Below, piece by piece: positions 12,529 to 24,269 of a stretch of DNA of 40,498 bases; within the stretch, counting starts at the first letter, position 1; each line of letters opens with the position of its first letter. The stretch is from Intoshia linei. Lineage: Eukaryota; Animalia; Orthonectida. The stretch spans positions 1-40,498 of the forward strand of contig LWCA01000212.1 of the NCBI GenBank assembly GCA_001642005.1, given 5' to 3'. The position numbers and the translations under genes are program-made. The notes under the pieces were generated by a model that was given only the letters and a program-made list of their open reading frames with translations, ran no database searches and was not told where the DNA came from.

Positions 12529-13636
12529 TCGCAGTGTTAGAGTTATAATGTTCTATCTGCATTGTTGTCAAAAATGAAGTTTTTGATGAAAAATGTTTTG
12601 AATCATATCTTTTACATTTTTACCAAAAAAAATTAATTTGAAAACCTATTATTTTATGATATAACGAACATTTACTGGTTCAATTACTTAATCTCGAACT
12701 GATAATTTTATACAAAATTATCAAATTTCTATTAAAAATAACCTCAGAGATTCTAAAAAGAAATATATTAAAAGTATGTTAATCAAAATTAATTTTGATG
12801 ATAAAAATATTAAATTTTAACAGTTTCTATAGAATAATGTTCTATTTGAAATTTTTTCAAATCAAATAGTTAGACCACTGGTTCTCAACCCGTGTTTCGC
12901 GGAACCCAGGGGTTCCGCGAAATTTAATTGGGGTTCTGTGAAATATGAATGCGATATTTTTCAATTTAAAGTTTTTCTAAATTACTGTTGCATGCAATGA
13001 AACAATATCATTTCTTAAATTTAAATCAAATAAGTTTTAATAAAAGTATTATACGTTGTGTGTATGGGAACCTGAAAAATGATGTTAAAAATTCTAATGC
13101 AAAATTCAACATCCTACTTGTGTGAATTGGGATTTTCTGCATTGACAGCAATTAATCTTAAGAAACGGGCAAAGCTGCTGTCGGTAGAAGAACTTCGTTT
13201 ATGTCTCTCAAAAATACGTCCAAGAATTAAAAATATCGGGTCCAAATTTCTCATTGAAAGGGAAAATTAAATTTCTTTATTAAAAAATTTATGTTTTCAA
13301 TATTAGAAGCGTAAGTTTTTAATTAAAAATCAAATTGTTTTATATATGCGATTTTTTGAAATATCATAAGGGTTCCGCAGTTTAAAAAGGTTGAGAAACA
13401 CTGAGTTAGAAAGATTGTTCAATTAGTGAAATTTAAGTACTGAAAAACCCTTGTTTTTATTTTTATCGTACGAAACTTTTCAATATACTTTAACACAAAT
13501 ATTAAAAAACTAAATTGTATAAATAAATTTTAACATAAAAATTATATTTTAGACAATATAGTACTTTTAAACTTTAAAGTCGATTTATGAAAAACTATGT
13601 TTATGCAGATAGAACATTATAACTCTAACACTGCGA
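12529..13636. mobile_element. Element bounded by perfect 34-bp inverted repeats, hosting a Buster MITE
   Basis: TCGCAGTGTTAGAGTTATAATGTTCTATCTGCAT (12529-12562) is the exact reverse complement of 13603-13636. Confidence 0.75.
12876..13403 (+). mobile_element. hAT (Buster/Charlie-type) internally deleted element with transposase C-terminal remnant
   Basis: TIRs CACTGGTTCTCAACC / GGTTGAGAAACACTG; 8-bp TSD AGTTAGAC / AGTTAGAA with central TA; GGAACC/GGTTCC subterminal motifs. ORF 13079-13270 (STSYLCELGFSALTAINLKKRAKLLSVEELRLCLSKIRPRI) matches the Buster/Charlie transposase C-terminal motif STxYLCExGFS. Confidence 0.9.
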
Positions 13637-15431
13637 TTTACATTACTTTACGTTTTAAAAACGAATTTATGTTACTGAAAATGTCTATAATATGTAATAG
13701 ATGTATATAATTTTCATGGACCCCCAAAAAAGTGCTGTGGACCCCGTTGAGAAAAACTAAATAAAATATATAAATAGTTAAGCTTATTCATCTAATATAC
13801 AGTATTCTCTCTATAACTCGGAAATTCTCTATTTTGCCACATGATTATTATTGTAATATATAAACCTTAACATTTTATTTTATAACTCGCCATTAATTTT
13901 AAATAAAAATACAAAATTAACAGTTTAAAAAAATATTTTCAAAATTACTTCATTATTTTTTAAAATGTTACTAAAATAGTTATTAAAATATATGAAATTA
14001 TTTAAGAGCTTTTGAAAAATGAAATAGTTGATAAAAACATATTTATTATAATTTTATAAACATTATCACAACGTCCCTACAATTTCAGCGACCCTTTAAA
14101 TATGTCACCGCCCCCAAGTGAGCGCTATCGTCTACTTTGGGAAACACTGATATACTTAAGTCTTGACACGTATGTAAAGAATATAATTTTTTAATGCTCA
14201 ATTTGGAAAAATGAGACCACCATTTAACAATAATTTTGTCGAGGCACCGAAGAGGGGTGTCGGGTACGTGATGTTCGGCACTGACCTTAATATTGATTAA
14301 AAAATTCATATAAAAGAATTTTTATCAATTATAAAAAAACAAAAATTTTTCGTGAAATAATTACGAAAAATCACCCCTTTGAGAACCACTGATTACGATC
14401 AGTATCCTGTCCGATTTTCGATATATTATAATTATATACATCAAAATATTAATTAAAACTTTTAACTCCGTTGCCCATGGACTCCTCCATACACATCCTT
14501 CAATTTTCAAATTTTTTTTTGCCCGCCTTACCCGTTACTAGGCCCAAATATTTTGATAACCAAATCTCCAGTGGTCATAAAGAAACATTAAAATAATCCC
14601 ACCATATAATTTGTTTTATTTGGAATTAAAATGAGTGGCAATTACTGCTATGTTATAACTAATCATTGTCGTATTTAATTTAGATTCATTCAGATTCAGA
14701 TAGAAAATTTAGTTGTACATGTCGTAAACCATTCACAGGAAAACTGTGTAATTTGCAGTACGATCCATGCAAAAATTTGACAACAATTTATGAAAAATAC
14801 AGTCATCATTATATGGCAAAAATTGTGTGCAATGGAAACATACAACAATGCTACCCTAATTCATCCTCAAATGTCGCATATTCATGTAAATGTTTGACAG
14901 GAAAAGAAAAAATGAAAATAATTAGTATGATTTAAATCAGAATTGGCCAGTTGTTACAAGCAAGTAAAAATTTAACGTAAAATCGTAAACCATGTACAAA
15001 ATTGTCAAAATTAGATGTATTGTTTTCTAATATACATAAAAACTTAAAAGCCCCCTCAACTCCAGTTTAAGAAAAATTTCCCTAAACTGGTGTATTTAAC
15101 GAACTATATCACCCTTTAAATTTTTAAATTGCCCATTATATCCACTTTCTATTATGACACTGCAATCCGGTTTTACTTGATATAAAACTTTTAATTCGAT
15201 TAATCTGTTTCCAACGTAGATTTAAAATTTTTTTAAACACTAAGAAATTTAAAATAACCCATGCATTAAAGTAAACTGATTTCCATGACTGTTCCATAAA
15301 ATGATAAATCCATAAACCCGCCACCTAACTTTAAAAAAGCCTAAAACAATATATAAATATTTAATTATTACAATTTAGTGGGATTGACTGTATTTATATG
15401 TGAATAAATTATACGACTCATATCAATCTTA

Positions 15432-15996
15432 TCAGCTTGACCAAGATTTGGTAACTGTAGATTTAATTTTATCTTCATACTCTTTGCGATTACTAGTATA
15501 AAGCTTGGCTGCAACAGAATTAGCAGGACTATTAGGATTAGGTTCATCCAATAAAGACTAAAAACATATTCTAAAATATTTAAAAAAAAAACTTGAATCG
15601 ATCTTAAAATAGCCGAAACATCGTATGCTGGACTCCACCGATTTTGTAAAATGTCCAGACAAATTGTTCCATTTTCATAGACATTAGGATGAAACATTTC
15701 AGATGTAAATTTTACTGTAGGTGGTTTATTTGGATATTCTTCATTAAACTCGATAACTAGTTTAAATGTACCATCTTCAAATGGTGTGTCTTGAGGTCTA
15801 ATAAAAGTCAGCAAAAATAAAATGATATTTACCCAAATATTACAGCATTCCATGACATAATGTTATGCTCTTGCGGCGCTCCAGTAAATCCCACTGGAGG
15901 ATCTTCTTGTAAACTTAATTGAGATATTACTTGTTAAATTAATTAAAATTACATTTTAAAATCTCGCATCAATCTTCTGCGAGCTGGTGTCGACAT
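15432..15996 (-). CDS. UBE2A: Ubiquitin-conjugating enzyme E2, Rad6/UBE2A-B ortholog (151 aa, 4 exons)
   Basis: Exons 15996-15953, 15913-15833, 15797-15593 and 15557-15432, with introns of 39, 35 and 35 nt. Peptide: [21 protein letters not shown]...[20 protein letters not shown]...[31 protein letters not shown]...[12 protein letters not shown]...SW. The HPN motif and catalytic Cys are intact. Confidence 0.97.
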
Positions 15997-16670
15997 TTCG
16001 TTAAATTAAAATGTTAAAAAGAATAAATATAAAATTTAATTTTAACTTATAATGAAAAACGTAGACTCAACTTTCTAGGTAAATAAATTTACATTTTTAT
16101 CAGTAGTTTCCTTAACAATTTCAATTTTTTATTTTGATGATTTGATTCACATGCAATTAATTTAATTATTAAACCAAGGTCATATGGTTAATATGTATGA
16201 CCATAAGTCATATTAGTTAATTTAAAGTTTAAAAAAAGTTGAGCCAAACAAAATGTAATTGTAGTATAATAATCATAAGGTTATCGCACAGTTTCTACCG
16301 TTTATATCTTAAAAGAAAAAATTTCAAAAAAGAATAAAACTTGAATTAACAAATTTTACTAAATAATTAAACATGGCCAATAAAGTTGTCGTAAATGTGA
16401 CAACATTCATAATGTCAATATTGAGCGCTAATCTTAGATTACTGAATCTGCGTTAATGATTAGTCAAATCATGTTTCATAGGGTGGTCGCATAGCATGTC
16501 CGCGTTTTTAAAATTCAATTCAAATTTAAAGTGATTTTTAAATTATATGATATTTAAACAAACTGAACGATATTAACATAAAATTATTACTTTGTTTCAA
16601 TAATTTCGTGGACAGAATACATATTTATTTTTATATTTATCAATGTTGTGTGTATTTTTGGTACATTCAA

Positions 16671-19600
16671 ATGAACGAAACTAGTAATTAAAATACTTTG
16701 TTTTATCAAATTTTTCCAGAGAAAAAAGCAAACAATGAAATAAATCAAACAGAATTTATTGAAGAAATTAAGAAAAAAAAGACACATTTGTTGACAGCCA
16801 TGGAAGTATAATTTTTGCTTTAATTTTACAATTTCTTTAGAATATTCGCATTAAAATGTATCAAACAAATGAAGAATTGAGCAAAATTCGTACAAATGAT
16901 GAAGCGTAATCAATTTTTATTTATTAGTTTGAATGGCATTTGTAGGACTAATATCCGCACCAAACACATTATTGAAGGCAAAAAATTGTTTAATGATAAT
17001 CCTAATGTGGTAAATTTTACATTATTGATATTGTAATTGGGTCATATTTACAGTTAACCTGTTTGATTATATCTAAATCATTTCAATATTCTTATTTTCG
17101 TTAATTCTTCTAAGTTTAAACATTTATTATTCTTAAGTTTGTACATTGAACATCTACATAGATTAAATAGTTAGATCTGGTATTCTCGACCTTTTTCTTG
17201 TTTGAGTCCCTTTCATTTTTGTATTCCTCATGCCCTACGGTAACATCAATGGTAATGTTTATAAAGTAAATACAAGTTCACTAAGAACTTGTCTGGGTAG
17301 ATTAGATTTTGGTGGCGGTTGATTCAATATATCAACTATAATTTTTAATACAGAAAAGCGCTATAAAATAAATTTGAATAAATTTTCTGTGGACCTGTGA
17401 AATTAACGTGGCTCGTGTTAAAAATCAAGCATGATTTTAAAACTATATTTAGGGTATACAATATCTCATCGACCACCACATAACTCCAAATGAAGCATTA
17501 TCCATTGCTGAATTTCTATTTACACAAGATGGTATCAGTAAAAAGAAACTTGGGAAATACCTATTAATGGGGTAAGTGTATCAAAAATGACTACAATTGT
17601 ATTTTAGTGATAAAATGAATAATGAAATTTTGTGTGAATATATGGGATTAATGCAATTATCAAATATGCCCATTTTAATGGCATTAAAGTATAAAATAGT
17701 GTTTTTTAATTTTACAATTTTAAATTCCCAGAAAAGCATTTACTGCCTTTGTCATTTCTGGAGAAGGTCAGAAAATTAATCGAGTTTTGCACTATTTTTC
17801 AATTGTCTATCATGAACAAAATTCAGATATTTTTTCTAATGCCGGTTTAATTAGAAATTATTTATTTCTTAATATTTGTATTAAATCAGTGGTGGTCAGC
17901 TTAATTAACTCGCGGGCCACATTCCACAAAAATTTGGATCACGTAGGTCAAAGTATTTATAAAAGTCAATATTGACATATTTTATAGCTCAACAAAAAAT
18001 GTAGGTGTGTTTTTTCCAGTGAAATTTAGTACTTACATTGTTAGTACAGTACGTGTATCACGCACGTACATAATTGTCAAAAAATAAAGCTGAAATATTC
18101 AGGTAAAATTGTTGATATAATTGATCAAAAAAAAAATTTTTTTACATCATTGTCTTTAGTTTAGACCAGGGGTGCACAACCTTTCCAACAATTCTCATTG
18201 ATACTACGGCAGCACAAAATTTACTTCGACATTGAGAAGGTTTACTCTGAACCTAAATTTTAGGTCTAATAAAATAGTTTTCTCTAAATTTTAATATCAC
18301 CAAGTTTTAATTAATAATTTTCAATTAAAATTAATCCTTAATTCACTCATATAAATTAATACCACATTTGTCATTTATCTGAATCGGAATAAATAGCAAT
18401 AGTAAGATTAATGCAGTGCTTCTCATGGGGATGACTGGTCACCCCAAGGGGTGAATACGAAAATTTAGATGATTGTAGGTGAATCTATAATTTACAACAC
18501 ATTTCATTAAATCATCCAATTTAATATAAATTTATGAGAAAAAACCAAAATTTTACCAACCCTTAAGGAAGAAATTATTTTTTACCATTATTTTTTTTAA
18601 AAATTCTTTTTTACCAAAGTTTTAGAATAAAAACTACTCTATCGATTCCAAAAGAAAAAACCAAATTTTACCAACCCTTAAGGAAAAAAATTGCTTTTAG
18701 TGCTTTAATCGCTTGTCATTTATTTACGGATGATTTGGTAAAATTGCAATTTTTAAAAAAATATTAGAAAAAGTGAATTTTTCCATTAAGAGATGCTAAA
18801 CTTGGATTTTTCTATTAACACACATTCACACATTTGGGCGTGGTTAACTAATACGTGTTGGAAATTATTGCAACATTTATTGCAAATTGTTAGATAACCA
18901 TCGCGGGGAATAATTTGGCCACCTCTGTATTAAACTTTTGAACATGATTCAAATTTAGAAAACTGTTCATGTCTGTGTTCAACAATTACCTACCTAAATA
19001 CCAATTTACATAATCCAAATGTAAAGGATAAATTGTCCGTTGCTAAATATATTGAAATGGCATTGGGGTACGATTACCCCGAAGATAAGTTAAAAGTACA
19101 ATTGTATATTAAATGCAGTTTTAATTAAATTTTAGTCAATTTATTATGATATTAAACGCCAACCCATGGTTGGACCGTCTGAGGAATCAGAGTCATTTTC
19201 TAAAAGTATTCACGTTATAAAATCTGGAACTCTTTATAAATTGGGTACAAATTATATTTTATTTAATCAATGTATTGAGATGTTTATTCAAACTAAATTA
19301 TTTACAATATCGATTTAATAATTATCATAATGATGTCAAATTTAGGAAAAATGCATAAGAGATGGAATAAACGATGGTTTGTTGTTTCCGATTACAATCT
19401 GTTTTATTTTAGAAGTGAAAATGATGTAGTTTTTTATTTATATTTGTATTGATTTTGTAGAATGAAAACACTGCTGCCATACCTCTTGAACATGTATGCA
19501 TTCGTAAATTACAGACACAAGCTAAACCATACGTTTTTGAGTTGTATTCTGAAAAAAATAAAGTTATTAAAGCTGTGAAAAATACTCCCTCTGGAACTGT

Positions 19601-21308
19601 TAACAGTAATTTTTGAAATTTTTGTTGTTCATTTCTATTAGGTCAACATAATTCTTATAAAATATGCTCTAATTCTCAGAAAGAAATTAATGAATGGATT
19701 GAAGCCATATCGTAATTTTTTTATTACAATTATAGTTTATTAATATAATTAATTTTTATTATTTTAATGTATTGAGTACATCTGTGCTTCTCATGGGGGA
19801 CTGGTCACCCAATGGCTGAATAATTTCATTAGGGGGTGAATACGAAAATTTTAGATAATTGTGGGCGAATCTAAAATTTTCAGTATATTTTATTCAATAT
19901 CCAATTTAGTACAATCTTATGAGAAAAAATTAAAATTTTACCAACCCTTAATTTTTTTGTTAAATGAAAACAGCCCTAGAATTTAAAAAAATTTAAATGT
20001 GGTGCAATTGTATCCTGTTAACACACACAAAAAATTTCTATCTGAATAAGTGACGCCTTCACGGTCAAAAAAGCACTTTAGTATTTATATATTTTTTTCC
20101 GAAATATTTTATTAAAACCAAAAATGTGAAATACTTAACGGTCCGAAAATTAAAAAAAAAGATAGAGCTTATTCCAGTTCATATAATTACAAAATTTCAA
20201 TCCAAAGTATCTACGCATTCCTGGTGAAAAATAATTTTTAATATATATTCAACCATTTTTTTAAATATTTCGATTAAAATAAAAATTGAATAGGTAAATA
20301 TTAATCCTATAATTTCAAAAAAATGTTTATTGAACATTTCCAATAAAGAAATATGGGTGAAAATCTATATAATTTTTTTCTTCGCAATTTTTGTATTCTC
20401 AAATTCTCCTTTTGAAAACATTTTGTTCAAAATTTAAATTAAAACTACAACAACGAATTACTAAAAGTAATACAACTTTGTTTTATCGATTTTAATATTT
20501 ATTAAAATGCTTTGCAATATTGATAAAATTCACCTAAAATGTGTTTATAAAGTTAAGATTCCGTTAATTGTTGATAGATAATTGGTATTGATTAAATTGG
20601 TACTGAATATATATTATTACATTGAAAATAACAAAATAGGTTTTTATAATTTTATTTTTTCTGGAATTTATGCTATTTATGACAATTTTTAGGATTTGAC
20701 TGTTTTTACTTTATTTTTAATATTATACACACATTCTGTCTACTAAATTTAAAAAATGGGATAACGATTGTTTTTAAAATTCTTTACGCAAATGTCAACA
20801 AACAAAAAATTAAGATGGAATAATTGACTTTAAAGTAAAAATTAATGTTATATGATGGTTTCACCTGAAACAAGTATGGCAAACACTCCTTTAAAGGATT
20901 GATATTAGTGAATAGTAGGATTTTTAAGTTAGATTTTCAACGTGTATACTTTTATATTCGTTTGGCTCTAATAATTATTCGCCCGCCCCTGGCTGAAAAT
21001 CCTTGATCCCTCACTGACTCAGGTTTAGAATGGCGCATTAAGTTGTCATCGAAAAGTAATATTAAAAAATAAATTATCACAAATATTTATAATATATTCG
21101 TAAACTGTTATGACTTATATTTCTTGAATGCCACGTTCTTCACCAATTTAGACTAAATTGTTAATTAAGTAAATTATTTATGACTTTTTAATTTAGAAAC
21201 AGCATACAAAGAGCCAATGAACGTAGAGACAGTATGGTTCAGCGTCACAGTGGAAGTTCATATGCTAAATCGCGCGACGATTCGTCATCCCATCTAACCA
21301 TTGAATGA
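16671..21308 (+). CDS. CYTH: Cytohesin/ARNO/steppke-family Arf-GEF (coiled coil + Sec7 + PH), about 13 exons
   Basis: In-frame exons encode IEEIKKKKTHLL (coiled coil), GKKLFNDNP..GIQYLID, GISKKKLGKYL, FVISGEGQKINR (Sec7 glutamic finger at 17763) and LNTNLHNPNVKDK. The PH domain reads KSGTLYKLGKMHKRWNKRWFVV..NLFYF..IPLE..FELY..VIKAVK..SYKIC..EINEWIEAI. The last exon is 21197-21308. Confidence 0.92.
17887..18926. mobile_element. hAT MITE in a cytohesin intron, containing further hAT-like ends at about 18167 and 18414
   Basis: Imperfect TIRs CAGTGGTGGTCAGCTTA / TAATTTGGCCACCTCTG; 8-bp TSD TATTAAAT / TATTAAAC. The internal segment 18414-18570 recurs at 19782-19950. Confidence 0.8.
19955..20832 (+). 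mobile_element. Repeat family A copy (terminally truncated) in the last cytohesin intron
   Basis: Reverse complement of about 2383-3365, with a single copy of the unit that is duplicated at 2518-2622. Confidence 0.8.
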
Positions 21309-21632
21309 ATTTATTTATAGATTGTTTATTAAATTATACGTTAACTCTTTAAAATTTTACTTTTCCAGTATTCTTAAATCACTTAAAAACTGTCAGATAT
21401 ATGTATTGCTGTGGTTGTAATTAATTTGATTGGTTGTCCATGTTTTGTGAACCATTTATTTTTTTATTTAAAAATCTAGCTCATTTATTTTTATTTTTAC
21501 GACAATCATTTCAAGTATATATTAAATTATGTTTTTAGGGGTGTGAACGAATTTTTATAGAAAAAGTGCATGCTTCCACCATATGAAAATTTTGAAAATA
21601 TTCAATTTGGACTCAATCTTACCTCTCAACTG

Positions 21633-21966
21633 TTAAAAAAACCCTGGGGCATCGCCTCTAAAGTTTTGATAAATATATTGCTCACAGTAACTCATATGTG
21701 ACAATTTTATTAAAAATATTATTTTAATTATAAAATTTTTTATACAAATAGCTCTAAAGATGCGCAAAATTATCGTCTGGCGAATCATGAACGCAGAATT
21801 AATAAAAAAACCGATTCTAATGAATAAACTGAATTAATTAAAAAAAATATAAATTGAAAATTAATTGTTAAAAAAATAATTATTACTATGAAATTTACTA
21901 TACAAAATAAATTAAATTATGCTCATTATTCATATTTTCAAGTGCTTTGCCCCAGGGTTTTTTTAA
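21633..21966. repeat. Short element bounded by a perfect 19-bp inverted repeat (MITE-like)
   Basis: TTAAAAAAACCCTGGGGCA (21633-21651) pairs with TGCCCCAGGGTTTTTTTAA (21948-21966). Confidence 0.6.
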
Positions 21967-21999
21967 TCCTTTTTATATAATTTTTTGATAATTTGTGTA

Positions 22000-22500
22000 T
22001 CATTCAACCCCATCTTCCACGTATGGGGTGGCACTTTTGTACTTTGCACTTTCCTGTTCGATATTGCAAAGTGTAACCCAGTTATCCGCTTCTTGTCAAA
22101 TTTTTTTGAGTACATTAAAAATTGTATTTACAGTGCATATGAGCAAGTGTAATTCAGGCGGTGGATATAAATTAAAGATTTTACATTCATTTTCTTCATG
22201 GAATATTGGAAGATGTGTGATATTTCCAAATTTCTTCGCAAATTTTTTTACAGCTTCACCTTCATTCCATTCTTTGAAAAGTTCTTTTATATTTCCTAAG
22301 GTTCTAATACTTTCCACACAACCCAGTAACAGATTTTTTTTGTCACATCGCATCATGTGCATGGATGATTCGATCCATGACCCATTAATCTAGTGATTAT
22401 ATTCGCAAATTTCAAATCGGTTACTATTGTAAAAGGCAACTGTAATTTTTCTATTTCCAGTATTTGCCAAACTTTTAAATCAATTTGAATGAAGTTTCTA
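22000..22500 (-). mobile_element. Degraded Transib/RAG1-like (or related) DDE transposase fragment
   Basis: One frame reads PFTIVTDLKFANIITRLMGHGSNHPCT*CD (D-x-K...CxxC, with W changed to stop at 22355-22353). After a frameshift it reads RTLGNIKELFKEW...AKKFGNITHLPIF...PPPELHLLICTVNTIF. The motif order matches the second catalytic Asp, CxxC and LH of RAG1/Transib-type cores. Confidence 0.6.
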
Positions 22501-23525
22501 TCAAAAGCTTTAAATTTAAATAAAAACTGGAAATTTCCAATTTTATCTAAAATTTACATTTGTTGCATTTAAAAAGAAACGGTACCAAGAATTTTTTTTA
22601 ATTTTTTTTTAAAAATACTCCAGAAAGTGTACCGGTTCAGAATATTATGCATTTGTAGACCTACAATTTTTTTCATCTAAAATTTATTCAAACAGGCTGT
22701 GCCTTACAGCCGACGATTCTTAATATATAAAAAAATTTTAACGGAAACTTTTTAGTCACACGAATAGTTAACAACAGAATTTAAAGTAAAACATTTTTCG
22801 ATCAATAATTTTATTTTTTTTATTAAAATTATATCTTACAAAAGGTATCAAACCTGGATGACATAAGGATTTTTTACTTTATCGAGCTGTTAAACTGAAA
22901 CTGAAAAGTTAGCCGGTATTAATTTAAATAATTTAAAATGTAAAGTTGAACATGCATTCCACGACACTACATGTAAGGTTTGTTACCCATATCATGGTAA
23001 GAATTGTGTAATAGTTTCGGTTACAATAGCAATTGGTATACTTTGCAGTATTTCGATATCAATATATGTAATTTAGATTGCAATAACATATACAAACAAT
23101 GCGCTTAGCAATATGAAAATAAAACCAACACCACAAACAGTCAACGTTAAGAAGTTCACATTGTTCCGTACTTTAGATTTAAATGAAACAAATATTTAAT
23201 TGATATGATTAAAGAAAATGAAAACATCTTAATTATATATTTATGTATTGCATTTTCATATTTCAATAAATATTTTATTGTTATTTTTATATGCATACAC
23301 TAACCCATTGTTTCCCAACCTTTTTTGAACTATCGCCCACTTTTCGTTATTATTGATAAAAAATAAAATAATTGCCACTATCAATTACACGGTACAACAT
23401 TTTCGGAAAAATTTTAAATAGCAGAACGAAATTTAGTCTATGGTTTAGATTACACTGTCAGGTTTCGAATGATGTTTGTGATTCTATCTAATTAAATCAT
23501 TTTTAATAATAATAATTCAGAATAA

Positions 23526-23973
23526 TGAAATGCTTTTTTGACTGTGAAGGCGTCACTTATTCAGATTGAAATTTTTTGTGTGTGTTAACCGGATACAACT
23601 GTACCACCTGTAAATTATTTTAAACTCTAGGGTTGTTTTCATTTAAACAAAAACAGGTAATTTGGGGTTTTGGCCCTGAAGAAATTTTTTTTTTTAATTT
23701 AAATTAATGATAATATTTATGATTTTAAAATTCGTATCAGAGTATATATTTTTTTAAATTGTCCAACTCGTTTAAATTTTCAAAAAAAGAACAATTGGGC
23801 TTTTTGACCCGTAAGATGTGAGTTTGTGAGGTATAAATTTATCTTATTATATCTTCCGGTAAAACTGTAATTGAAATGTGGACTTTATAAAATTCTAAGA
23901 CTGGTAGTTATGGAAATAAACGGTAACACACACACATAAAAAAATATGGCAAAGCATATTATATAAGTAAGGA
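23526..23973 (-). mobile_element. Repeat family A copy (terminal 450 bp)
   Basis: Colinear with 3240-3690 and ends ...CATATTATATAAGTAAGGA|T. Confidence 0.8.
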
Positions 23974-24269
23974 TTTAAATTTTAACCGATTTCATTTTTT
24001 TTAGGATTAATGCTTAAAATCAAAAAATGCATCTACGTGCAAAATTAAATTTTTCTAATAAAAAAAGTGGACACCCTAATATAGAGTGTATATTATAATG
24101 TAATAATTATTCACTGCGTTCACATTAATTAATTATATTGATTAATTATATTAACTGAAAAACGGGTATGTATTAGGGAATGATATCCGATTAATCGTAA
24201 ACTTGGTTAATCGCTTACAATAATCGGAAAAAAATAATCGAAATATATTTTGAATGATCGGATTTTCAA

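Larger units (their letters stand above)
5714..14935 (+). pseudogene. Secreted multidomain WSC + EGF protein gene with several frame lesions (probable pseudogene, or assembly errors)
   Basis: Has a signal-peptide-like start (MMKCAILIFAIFRIHC). Coding-like exons lie at about 6101-6250, 6323-6563, 8032-8279, 8443-8644, 9529-9678, 10137-10307, 10547-10698, 11059-11202, 11299-11506, 11744-11808 and 14684-14935. A WSC domain spans 9529-10307 (FVYLGCYD...VTECYNECF...CDCHCGN...ECTFSC...SCGG...AIY). EGF repeats follow (NPC...CQNQSLC...FSCTCRKPFTGKLC; DPC...VCNG...YSCKCLTG). Lesions: frameshift in the T-run near 8100, in-frame TAG at 8236-8238, and a frameshift/TGA near 8594-8605. Confidence 0.6.

Noticed and set aside
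15136-15324. Minus-strand ORF downstream of UBE2A
   Set aside because: No recognisable homology or consistent exon chain; it may be UTR or intergenic sequence.
18959-18995. Apparent frameshift in a cytohesin Sec7 exon
   Set aside because: With the acceptor at 18958 the frame is open (ENCSCLCSTITYLNTNLHNPNV).
21995-22393. 132-aa plus-strand ORF
   Set aside because: It is the antisense shadow of the minus-strand transposase remnant.
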